Shown here piece by piece: positions 1 to 11,330 of a stretch of DNA of 64,000 bases. The notes below the pieces were generated by a model that worked only from the letters and a program-made list of their open reading frames with translations, was not told the origin of the DNA and did no database searches. The DNA is from Octopus sinensis (Eukaryota): contig NC_042997.1 of the NCBI RefSeq assembly GCF_006345805.1, positions 143,468,001 to 143,532,000 of the forward strand. The letters run 5' to 3'. Numbering within the stretch: position 1 is the first letter of the stretch; each line of letters starts with the position of its first letter. The position numbers were made by a program, and so were the translations under genes.

Positions 1-229
1 CACAACAAACATGAACAATCAACGTCGCCCATTGTCTCCCTTGATAAAAGGACTTTCACTTTGTTTCCGGCCAAAACAATTAACTTGTACAACAACGGCA
101 GTCGAATAAAGTATCTTGTATCGTTAACACGTTGTTTCAGTCTCTCTCATTTTCTTAATCTTTCATACTAAGTACTCACTACTTCCTTTAATACTCAATA
201 CATTATATATATATAACAACAACACAGAG

Positions 230-385
230 TACTACATCAAGTGGAAAATCTTAGAGAAGTGCAAGCAATTCTTTATTAGCATCAGAAAATGCAGATTATG
301 TTTAGCCGAGAAAAGAATCATATTAAAAAAAATTCTTAACATCTTTACACTGCAGAAATGAAATTTTTAGTTCTTGCGAAAGGGA
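230..385 (+). mobile_element. Penelope-like element (PLE) C-terminal remnant, end of the GIY-YIG endonuclease region
   Basis: Translates as YYIKWKILEKCKQFFISIRKCRLCLAEKRII then, after a frameshift, RNEIFSSC. This matches the PLE C-terminal pattern WxIL..K...CxLCLxEK..I...LNxRxE...C. It is followed by an AT-rich terminal-repeat-like region with a hammerhead motif at 1004-1205. Confidence 0.7.
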
Positions 386-1003
386 AGGCGTGAGTTAAAT
401 ATATAATAACTAAATGAGAAATTTGGTAAAGTAAAAAAATAAAATAGAAAAGTAAGAAATATAATTAGAAATGCCGGTAGTTATTGAACTAAATAATAAC
501 ATTTGACTATAATTTACTATTACTCAAGCGAGTAACAGTTTCTTCATGGCCAGCTTTTTGTTTTTGAAAATTAACTGACCAATAGTATCCTCTTACTGTC
601 CAGACCAGTCCTACTCCGGACCCAGGGTTATTTCAGGTATACTGCCTACTTATAATAATAAATAAAATTCATACGAAATCGATTAATAGTAAATTATAGA
701 CAGCTGTTATTATTTAGTTCTATAACTACTGATATATCTAATTATATTTCTTATTTTCTAATTTCATTTTTTGACTTAACGAAATTGCTCATTTATTTAT
801 TATATATTTAACCCACTCCTTCTCCCCGTATATAGGAATGTACCACTAAATATTATAACTACCCCTTTTTCGATTTCTAAATTCTAGTCGGTCGAAAGTT
901 TCACAGTAGGTCAGCATGGGCCATCTATAAATTATCGCCGTTCTCACTTTCTCCTTCTTTTTCTTCTTTTTGTTTTTACTTTTATTTTATTTACTTTTCC
1001 GCT

Positions 1004-1060
1004 CTGATGAAGTTCCCTGATTCAATTTAATATAACTAATTACTTACAATGATAACCACC

Positions 1061-1142
<82 letters not shown>

Positions 1143-1205
1143 CCATCATCATCATCATTATTGTTGGGGTTAAACTTGAGAATCACGCTAACGGAAACAG
1201 CTGTA
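1004..1205 (+). ncRNA. Degenerate minimal type I hammerhead ribozyme motif, helix II expanded by a microsatellite
   Basis: CTGATGA at 1004-1010 and GAAAC-AGCT-GTA at 1194-1205. Helix II arms GTT/AAC and TGATTC/GAATCA enclose (ACC)n(ATC)n. Helix I does not pair. Confidence 0.5.
1056..1158. repeat. (ACC)n/(ATC)n trinucleotide microsatellite
   Basis: Direct reading; it explains ORF 1049-1237. Confidence 0.95.
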
Positions 1206-1535
1206 ATTTGAGATTCTGTCTTTTTGTAATTAATTAATAAATGATGATTAATGTAAATCTATTGTTATTCATTAATTTTATCTCCATTTTCTGCTTTCCT
1301 TGAATATGGATAAATTCTAGTTTATTTTTGCCATCACCTATCATTTATGAGCATTTATATCAATGCTCATGATTAAATATAGGTAATACACCAGTGATTC
1401 ATTGGATATAAATATCCCTTAGACGGTTGTAATAACCTCTAACTTAGCTCACCTATATATATACCGGAGTAAACACATAAATGTGAAACAAGGTAGAAGA
1501 AAAGAATACTCAAATTCCAGTGGTAGAGTAATATG

Positions 1536-1690
1536 CTTTATTTAAAGCAGCAGAAAATTCAACAAAACCTGTTACTCTGAGTTTCCCGTTGCCGTTCATC
1601 GGACAGTTTCTAACAAAAACTGTCCCATGGACGGCAACGGGAAACTCAGAGTAACAGGTTTTGTTGAATTTTCTGCTGCTTTAAATAAAG
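1536..1690. repeat. Foldback inverted repeat, 74-bp arms, 7-nt loop
   Basis: 1536-1609 is the reverse complement of 1617-1690 apart from a few differences near the loop. Confidence 0.95.
1569..1606 (-). ncRNA. Minimal type I hammerhead ribozyme motif (CCGAUGA core variant)
   Basis: Minus strand reads CTGT-CCGATGA-A-CG-GCAA-CG-G-GAAAC-TCAGA-GTA-ACAG: 4-bp helix I, short helix II with a GNRA loop, helix III AC-T/A-GT, GUA cleavage triplet. Confidence 0.6.
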
Positions 1691-2538
1691 TATATGCTCC
1701 CATGGTCATTCGTGACCTACGGAGTCGAGTTTTTAGTTTTATGTATGTACATACATAATTACATTGTCATAGCTAACACGATGTAACGATGTAATTGTGA
1801 GCAATTTAACTTAAATTTCAGTCTTTCATTCTCCTTGGACGAAAATTTTATTAGGCAAGGGTACTGATCTTAAAATAGTGTCCAGAAAACTTTTAGAAAA
1901 ACTACTTTGAAGTGTAGTAAATCATAATCATGTTGAAACTTAAGTAGATAAAGCTATAAATAACAGTGCAGAGTATTGGTTAAAAAATTCCCTTGAGGAA
2001 AAAAGTTGAAGGTTGATCGTCTGTAATAAAAATCGTTATGAAGACTGTAAAGAAAAATATGGAAGGGAAAGAAATATTGTAATGAATGAAAGATAGATAA
2101 ATAAATAAGTAAATATAGAAATTAATAAAATCAAACCAAAAATAGAACGATTTTTTTCATGTCAAGAACTAGAAGCTGAACGTTAGAAAAGTGCATTGCT
2201 TTAACTCCTCCAGACACGAATCATCCATCATAGATGACATTGCAAAATAAAGTGTTTGACAAGTATAAAACGTCTACAACTTTGCTATCAACGCATCATG
2301 TAAACATTGCATATATTGTTTATACAAAAATGTTATGATTGTGTTGTGTAATGTAATAAGGATATAATAACGCACATTTCTTTATAAAATCTGTTCACTC
2401 AAAATTTATATCTAACGGCAAAACAGATAACAATAAATCGTTAATTAAGCGAATATTTATTTCAGTGATACAAACTGTTTTGGACGCGAACAAGACAAAG
2501 TTTAACTTTAATTCACGACGATAAGAAAGTTTACTCTA

Positions 2539-3063
2539 ACATTCTACTTTGCTGAGCTTAATAAAATTGCTCGTTTATATACATTCTGTTGTGGAAGGAT
2601 TCCGACCGCCCCCAAGTGACTAAAAGTAGACTGATACATTGCTATAAAATAGAGAACTATCAAGTTGGTAGGAGCAATTGATGGGAAGCAGTTCACTGTG
2701 AGCAGTTGATAGAGAGCGTTTAACCTCGCGTAACAGTAATCGTTGTACGTCGTGTAAATACTTTCTTTACCCCCGTTTCTTTAAATTATATATCCAACAC
2801 CAGGATATATAATTTAAAGAAGCGGAGGGTGGGAAAGAAAGTATTTACACGACGTACAACGATTACTATTATGCTAGGTTAAACGCTCTCTATCAACTGC
2901 TCACAGTGAACTGCTTCCCATCAATTGCTCTTATCAATTTGATAGGTCTTTATTTTATAGCAATGTATCAGTCTATTTTTAGCTACTTGGGGGTGGTCGC
3001 AATCCTTCTACAACACCATGTATATAAACGAACAAGTTTATTAAGCTCAGCAAAATAGAATGT
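2539..3063. repeat. Long palindrome, about 260-bp arms, 7-nt loop (2796-2802)
   Basis: 2539-2795 aligns to the reverse complement of 2803-3063 at roughly 90 percent identity. Confidence 0.95.
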
Positions 3064-3239
3064 CAACATACGTGCATGATAGCTGCAACTCAATTTGGAG
3101 CAATGCACTTGCTTGATTGTTTCTCTTAAACACAAACAAGATGACTGTGGCTTTTTAGATCTGCTAGGGACCTACATTCTTTCATTGCCTTTATCGGCAA
3201 TAGCCAACCATAGTATGTTACACATAACAGTGATGTTCA

Positions 3240-4103
3240 CAGAAGTGTTAAAAATCAAGCGATATCTATGCCTGAAGCATGCAGGAAAAGCAGTTGAATA
3301 TGACAACCGATGCAGACTTTGTGGCGTTCACGCTGAAGATATCACACACATCATAAGCAGTTGTCCGGAAATGTCATTACGGTATTATCGACCGATGAGA
3401 CATGATGTTGTAACTAGGACACTCTGTAATGAAATCCGTCAGAAGGATAATCCCGAGGACAAAGAAATAAGAACCCACAATATGGTAGAAGTCATAGTCA
3501 CTCATAATAAAAAGAAATACTGGTGGAATGACCTCAATAAAATGTAAGCACAACAGACCTGATATAATGATTTGGGATAAGAGAAGAGAAAGTGTGCACA
3601 GTTGTGGAAATTAGCTGCCTAACGGAAGTTGACATAAAGCCGAAGATCAATGAAAAAGAGAACACCTATGCTGAACTATTGAGAAATCTAAAGTTATTCT
3701 ATCCAGATTACAAGTTCAGGTTTATACCTGTAATTATTTGTGCCTTGGGATATGTAACACACTGCCTAAATACCAATCTTGAGAAATTAGGCTTCTCAAA
3801 ACCAGAAAAGTGAAAGCTAATTTGAAGACTACAGATCCAACCCATCACTGGAACTGTAAAAATCTGTAAAACTTCCTAGAAGTTTATCATTTAAATATAT
3901 ATATGAGCATATCTAGATATGTAACTATATGCATGAGAATACATACATAAAACATACAAATCTGCACTTATACATACATACGTACTTATAAACAAAAATA
4001 CCCTGTTGTTGATGTTGAAATTCCGATGAAGGAGCCTTGAATCTAGGTTAGAAACCAGTTCTTCCTCTACTGGGAAGAAATCTTGAAATAAACTGAATAA
4101 TGA
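3240..4103 (+). mobile_element. R4/Dong-like non-LTR retrotransposon 3' fragment (CCHC knuckle, RLE endonuclease, 3' UTR), decayed
   Basis: CRLCGVHAEDITHIISSC, RHDVV, then PDIMIWDKRRE and VVEISC (PD-(D/E)xK), FIPVIICALG and GTVKICKTF. The 3' UTR is shared with the copies at 32918 and 51806 and ends in (ATAC)n. Confidence 0.8.
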
Positions 4104-4250
4104 CATACATATATACATACATTCATAATACATACATAATACATACATACATACATACATACATACATACATGCATACATACATACATACATACATATAG
4201 ACAGACACATTCATACAGACATACAGACAGACAGACACATACATACATAC
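4104..4250. repeat. (ATAC)n/(AGAC)n microsatellite at the LINE 3' end
   Basis: Direct reading. Confidence 0.95.
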
Positions 4251-5310
4251 GCTTTACACATGTGATTTTCATTTTAGTCTTGCACTCTTATATCTTGTCT
4301 CAGTCTTTTACTTTGTTCTTTAATTTTTCTGTCATCTTATCTATACAATCATATTTGTTCCTGTTAATCTTCTGGTTTGTGATCATTGGCCATAATAGCT
4401 TCAATACTATTGACATAGTTTGATGGCGTGATTATGTGAAAAGGTGCCGAAATCCCAATGACGTCTTGTCGAAGGGCTGATGAAGGGAGTTTACGAGTTT
4501 GTGTCCATTTGGTTTTTGTTGTTCACTTTTGTTTTCACTCTTTTTACTATGACTCTCTTTTCTACTGTCCCTACTGCTGTTTATATTTATTTCTTCACCT
4601 TTCCCTCTCTCTTTCTACTCGCTTCTCTTTTACCCAGAAGGTAGCAATACGTTTATTACTCATCACTTGTTTTCTTCGGTCTGACTTTTCAACTTTGATC
4701 GCATAACGAGTCGAAAGTCTTTTGCTTCACTAGTTTCGTGTTTTCTATTTCTGCCCAGGTCGAAAGATCTTAAACTAAGTTTCCGTTAAGCGTTACTTCT
4801 TAAACACTCATATTTTAGCCTTTTCAACTTGGATAAAGCTTTGTTTTATCCTTTGCTTTTTGTGTTATCGACTTATATGATTTCCGTATATTCTCATAAT
4901 TTATTGTTATTATTCCCGTTTGTAATTTTAGTCTCTAGTGGCTTCATTCGTCCCTAATAGCTGATACTGCTAAACTGAGTGATCCTGTCAAAAAACATTG
5001 AAATCACAATGATATCTAGAACTTACAGCTGGTGAAGGGAATTTATGAATTAGCGTGTTTTTCTTCTCCCCTTCTCTCACTGTGTGTGTATGTGTGCCTC
5101 TGTGTGTGTGTGTATGTATATGTACACACACATCTATATGTACGCGTGTGTATACATACATACATACATACATACATACATACATACATACATACATACA
5201 TAATACACACACACACACATACACACACATATATATATGACTGCATGTCATACATTACCTTATATAGAACTCTCTATAAAATGTATAGTATCCCCTTTCA
5301 AGAAACATTA

Positions 5311-8300
5311 TCTAGTAGAAGCATGATCTCTCTTGAACTGTAGCTACCCACATTCTAGCTTTTTACATTTTGGTTCATCACGTGATGGTCAGGTCCATTT
5401 AGCTTTACTTGGACCTTCCACCCCTTAACGTGATGGACTAGATTAGCGTCTGTACACCAGCTATAAAATGGATTTGAGCATAATTGTAACCGGAATTTTT
5501 GATACTATTCGTCAGGTTTTTCTAACCTTCTATCCTCCATTTTTAGGGATAATTCGTTCTTGCAGTAGTAACTGGTGTTCTCCGTTATATCTTGTTTCAA
5601 AGAAAAATTGATCGGTTTGAGGAACTTGTGGAGATTATCGACGTTTGAATGCTATGACAGTTCCGGACCATTATTCGATACCCCATTTGTATGATTTTTC
5701 GTCATCTTTACACGGCTGTACCATCTTCTCTAAAATCGATTTGGGGTGAGCTTATAACCAAGATCCAGCTGAACCGTCCGACATACCTAAGACCACCTTA
5801 ACTACTACTTTTGGCCTTTTCGAATTTATGCATTTGCGTTTGGTTTACGAAACCGCCAGCACTTTCCAACGCTTCATGGATGAAGTAACTCGTGGTTTAA
5901 AATCTTATCTTCACTTACATCGACGATCTTTTGATAGCTAGTTCTACCGAAGGAGAACATTTATCACACTTATAGCAACCTTTTACTCGTCTGACGAAAT
6001 ATGGTATCATTATTAATGCTAGTAAATGCATGTTCGGCATTTCTTCTCTCACTTTTCTAGGACATTCGATTTACAAGGACAGCATACGTTCATTACCAGC
6101 TAAAATTGAAGCTATTCGCAATTTCCCTGTCCCTACTTTATTACAGAAGTTACGCGAATTTCTTGGTCTTATTAATCTCTTGATCTCATTAATTCATTCC
6201 TCATTGTACAGAGACTATCTGTCCTCTTACTGAATTCTTACTGAATTCTCACTCTATGGGCCTCCGGCTGTTACCATTATTTTCTTCAGATTCTTCTATC
6301 TGGTGTGACGTATCTACCGGTGTATCTCGATCTTATGTTCCTAAGGGGCACAGACTAACTGTATTTTCGGTGCGCCATAATTTGTCTCAGCAACGGTTAA
6401 ATTGATTTCTAGTTGTTTTGTTTGGCCCAGTATGAGAAAGGATATTCGGAGCTGGGCGCGAACCTGTATTTCGTACCAGAAGTCTAAAGTGCAACGTCAT
6501 ATTCGGGCACCTTTGGGTACTTTTGCCATCTCAGACTCACGCTTTAAGCACATTCATGTTGATATCGTTGGCTTTTTGCCACCAATACAAGATTACTTAT
6601 ATTTGTTGACCTGCATCGATCGTTTTTCAAGATGGCCTAAAGCCATTCTGATCAAGGATATCTCAGCCCTTACACTTGCGAAGGCTCTCATAGCTGGCTG
6701 GTTCTGGCGGTTCGGATTTCAACTAACTATCACTACTGATTGTAGTCGATAGTTCGAATCAAATACTTTTGCTGAGCTCTCAAAATTACTAGGAATCCGC
6801 ACAACTGCTTACCGCCCCATGACTAATGGAATGATAGAAAGATTTCATCATCAGATAAAATTTGTTTTACATGTTCACCCCCATTCAGACAGATGGATGG
6901 AAGCATTACTAGTTGTTCTGTTAGGACTTCGCTCTGTTGTTAAGGAAGACGTAAGTTTTTCTCCGGCGAAACTTCTCTACGGCTCCCTACTTTCTTTATC
7001 TGGTCAGATGATCATACCTGCAACTCCTGAACAAATTTCCGATCCGGCTGATTACATACATCGTTTACGGAATTACATGAAAGAATTGCCTCCTTTGGTT
7101 ACTAGAGTCTATCAAATCTTTTGTGCCTCCTGATATCCGTTCATGCGCTCATGTTTTTATTCGCAACGATCTTGTTAAACAATCTCTGCAACCTTCTTAC
7201 AGTGGTCCATACAGAGTTCTTTAAGTGAAATCGAAATTTATGGTATAAGATGTGTAACAGGATGAAAGGCCTGTAACACTGGATGGGTGCAGCTCTCATC
7301 CTTTACATTAAAATATTAATCGAAGGAAAGAGTCAAGACTTCCGATTAACTTCAACAGCATAAATATTTTTATTCTGGATTCGCAATATATATATTCTTC
7401 TTCAGGGCGAATCGGCAGCCTAGGAGCTCGTCGCAGTAGTCAAGTGGAGTGAGCCAAATCCTGTCCGTTCAAGCATAGCGTAATAACGCCACGAGGTGGC
7501 AGCGTGTTCGGCTGTCAGCGTTCGAGAGGCCGATACGAGGGAAATTTTGCTGCTACTAGTTTTCTGCGCATGCGCATGAGGGAATTTCCGGCAGGCCTCC
7601 CGGAAGAATCCAACTCTGCGCATGCGTGCTGAAGATTTCCAAGATGGCTTGACTACAGATGTTAATGACAACAAACTGTAAATATTGATCGCATTAAACA
7701 AGCATTTATTGAGTCATCTACTGAACAACAACAATTTACTCCACCCGCAAACACGACACTTACAAATTCTGCACTTTCACCTACATCACCTTCAACTCGT
7801 GTTATTAGGAGTGGGTGGAGAGTTCATTGGCCTGCCAAATTAGTACATACATATTATTACTAATTATTTCTTTTGCACTCCTATAAATTGTTCAGTTTAA
7901 ATTTTTTAACACTGGTTTGACATTTTATGCAAATTTTTCACTTTTGATACACTGATACTCTTCTATACAATACATTTTGAAATTTTCAAGACATTTGACT
8001 GTTACCCATAATTTACTGTCATTGTTTTTTTCACGTGCTTTTTTGATTTTTGCTGTTGCTAGAGATAACAGCAATTTTCTAAAGATTTTATCGTGAACTG
8101 TTATTAACATTTTCAGCCATCAATATGAACTTTTGGCTATATTTTCACATTTGAAGTATTGTTCATTTTTATTGGACACTTTTTGCTCATGCTTTTTTTC
8201 TTTTTCGCATGTAGATTTTTGTTAACATTTGTTGTATATTTTTCTCCTGGCTGCCGCTTTTCTGGTTTTCGCTTCTTGCCCTCATCGGTTATTTCTCTGG

Positions 8301-8481
8301 TGAAAGGGTAGTCGTAGCAGAAGCATGATCACTCTTGAACGTTAGCTACCCACATTGTGGCTTTTAACTTTTAGCTACTCATTTTGGTTAACCACTGATG
8401 GTCAAATCCATTTAACTTTACTTGGACCGTCCACCCTTTTACGTGATGGACTAGCCTAGCGTTTGTACACTAGCTATAAAA
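5311..8481 (+). mobile_element. Decayed Gypsy/Ty3 LTR retrotransposon (RT, partial RNase H, integrase) between about 160-bp direct repeats
   Basis: Motifs [31 protein letters not shown], integrase FKHIHVDIVG, CIDRFSRWP, TNGMIERFH, YSGPYRV and TVNIDRIKQAF, all broken by stops and frameshifts. Direct repeats at 5311-5468 and 8312-8481; purine-rich PPT-like GGTGAAAGGGTAG just before 8312. Confidence 0.9.
7245..7648. mobile_element. GC-rich insertion interrupting the Gypsy integrase C-terminus, unclassified
   Basis: The Gypsy frame stops at about 7243 and resumes at about 7648. The insert is compositionally distinct and carries GCGCATGCG twice. Confidence 0.55.
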
Positions 8482-9278
8482 CGAGAAGATTTTGCCCGTT
8501 AATTCCTGAGGGAAGCGAGTTTTTACTACGAGCGGTTTTGGATCTTCGATTGAGAGCAGTTTGATTCCGTCTAAGGTTTATTATGGAAGAATGTAAATTC
8601 GATGCGAATGTTTTAAAAGAATATATTTACTTTAGTGTAGTCATGGAAAATATATACATGTTTCCATACTTTTCCCCAAATAGATATCGGCAATAGAATA
8701 TTGAAAGTAGCTGAAGGTTGCCGTAATGTAGATTATAAATTTATAATTCAAAAGGTACATTGAGTACAATAATTTCACTTTAATCTTCAACGAATTCGTA
8801 AGCTAAATTTGCGTTTTAAATTTTCATATTAAATACGGCTTACTTATTTGAGTATATTTTAAAATTATTCGTGTTTAATATAAATTTTAATACGTTGTGT
8901 TAAGGAGTAGGTATTCAAATTATCTTCTTACCTCAAGAGCTATAAAAAACTTTATTTATAATCCCCAATTTAATCTATTATTAATTTTGGATAATATTTT
9001 CGTTAAAAAATATTTAGTTCAAAATGTATTTTGTTAAAGAAATGTTTTGATGTGGGTATATTTTATAAGGAGAAAGGCTTCCTTTTTTCAGGAGGTGTAA
9101 TTAAGAAGACATAATTAAGGAAATATAATTAAAGTGATATCATTAATGTTGTTTTTTTTATGGAATAAATAAAAGGTGGCTCAGGTTCACACATCTATAC
9201 ATATACAGTTTCACAATGGTTCTATGTTATACATACCCCTCCCCACATAGCACACACATACTTATGTGAATACATATG

Positions 9279-9320
<42 letters not shown>

Positions 9321-9334
9321 CACACACACAAACA

Positions 9335-9368
<34 letters not shown>

Positions 9369-9369
9369 A

Positions 9370-9437
<68 letters not shown>

Positions 9438-9438
9438 C

Positions 9439-9460
<22 letters not shown>

Positions 9461-9469
<9 letters not shown>

Positions 9470-9826
9470 CAAAGGAATTCCAACTCTGTTTTTTATGTTT
9501 TATTTATATTCTTATGATATTAATGTAGGATATAGAATATATAGTATAAATAGTATATATAGTAAAATGAAATGAAGTATTGATTGTCTTATTGAATAGA
9601 CGAAATATTGAATATCAAATATTGAGGGACTAGTATGCTGTCTTACATTTAAGCAGTCTTCAAGGTCTCAGGTGGTGACAGGATATTCAGTATTTCATCT
9701 ATTCAATAAGACAATCAATACTTCATTTCATTTTACTATATATACTATATATTCTATATCCTACATTAATATTATAAGAATATAAATAAAACATAAAAAA
9801 CAGTTGGAATTCTTTTGAATAATATA
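9461..9826. repeat. Foldback inverted repeat, about 150-bp arms, 65-nt loop, flanked by (TA)n
   Basis: 9461-9616 versus the reverse complement of 9682-9826. Confidence 0.95.
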
Positions 9827-9851
9827 TTACTCTATACAGAATCAAACAAAC

Positions 9852-9943
<92 letters not shown>

Positions 9944-10040
9944 ATACTCGTTTTGCCTTGGTTTTCATTTTTCTTCTCATATTATATATATATTATATAT
10001 AATATGAGAAGAAGAATGAAAACCAAGGCAAAACGAGTAT
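9944..10040. repeat. Small foldback, about 45-bp arms centred on TA-rich sequence
   Basis: ATACTCGTTTTGCCTTGGTTTTCATT(T/C)TTCTTCTCATATT versus its reverse complement at about 9996-10040. Confidence 0.9.
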
Positions 10041-10085
10041 CTCAAGTCATTTAGAATGATTTTATTAGGGTAAGGTGAATTAGAA

Positions 10086-10163
10086 GTCTTACGGCCGTTT
10101 CTGAGATGACCCAAGTGGTTGGTTAGTATGTCCATGTACTAGGCACTCCATGTCATCAGAAAC
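10086..10163 (-). ncRNA. Type I hammerhead motif with palindromic helix III
   Basis: Minus strand reads GTTT-CTGATGA-(51 nt)-GAAAC-GGCC-GTA-AGAC. The partner arm has GTCT-TTGATGA, which suggests an ancestral GTCT/AGAC helix I. Confidence 0.55.
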
Positions 10164-10550
10164 AAAGTATGAATATTTTACAGGGAATAAAATTCATAGT
10201 TTATAAGAAATATAATAGAAGAATAAAGAGTAAAAGTTGTTAATAGAGTATAGGCAGGAAAATAACGTTCACAACTCATCCTTTTCCAGAGGATATGGAT
10301 GTTAGTCGGTACTTCCATGAAGAGACAGAATTTTGCAGGTTTTTAGCTTTTTAGTTCATGGAAGTACCGACTAACATACATTTCCTCTGGAAAAAGATGA
10401 GCTGTGAACATAATTCTGTCTATATTCTTCAAGCTACTTTTTATTCTTTTATTTTCCTCCTTTATTCTTCCATTTTATTCCTTGTCTTTGATGACATGGA
10501 ATACCTAGTGCATGGACATGCTAACCAACCACTTGGGTTATCCCAGAAAC
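10097..10550. repeat. Foldback inverted repeat, arms 10097-10321 and 10355-10550, 33-nt loop
   Basis: Arms align in reverse complement with moderate divergence and indels in the central AT-rich part. Confidence 0.9.
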
Positions 10551-10597
10551 TTACCCAGGGTACCTATTCGTTTAGATCACAAGTGAACTAAACCCCT

Positions 10598-10605
10598 CAT
10601 ATTCT

Positions 10606-10694
<89 letters not shown>

Positions 10695-10719
10695 ATATAT
10701 ATGCATATGTATATATGTA

Positions 10720-10752
<33 letters not shown>

Positions 10753-11090
10753 GCTTAAATATAGACATATATATATATATGCATGTGTATATACACATAT
10801 TTATATATATATATATAATATATATATACATGCATGTATTAATATATGCATATATGTATCCACTTCTGTACATACTTGCTACGTATGTATCAATATAGGC
10901 ATATAATATATATATTATATATATATATATTATATATATGGTGTATATATATATGTATGTATATATATATGCACACACACGCACATACACATACATATGT
11001 GCACGTATTAATATATATGTTTATAAATATATGTGTATATATATGTGTGTGTGTGTAGAATATGTATAAATACACATGTATAAACGTTTA

Positions 11091-11144
<54 letters not shown>

Positions 11145-11200
11145 TATGTATATATGTATCTGTGTATATATATATATATATCTATATATATATATATATC

Positions 11201-11231
<31 letters not shown>

Positions 11232-11330
11232 GCACACACACGCACATACACATACGCACACATATACATGCATTCATATACGTAAACAAATACAAGACAT
11301 GTTTATACACACACATACACACACAAAGAA
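10598..11330. repeat. Compound (TA)n/(CA)n microsatellite with internal tandem duplications
   Basis: ATATGCATATGTATATATGTATCTGTG occurs at about 10699 and 11139; GCACACACACGCACATACAC at about 10971 and 11232. Confidence 0.85.

Noticed and set aside
4477-4720. CTGATGA at about 4477 with distant GAAA motifs
   Set aside because: No consistent helix I or III and no cleavage triplet.
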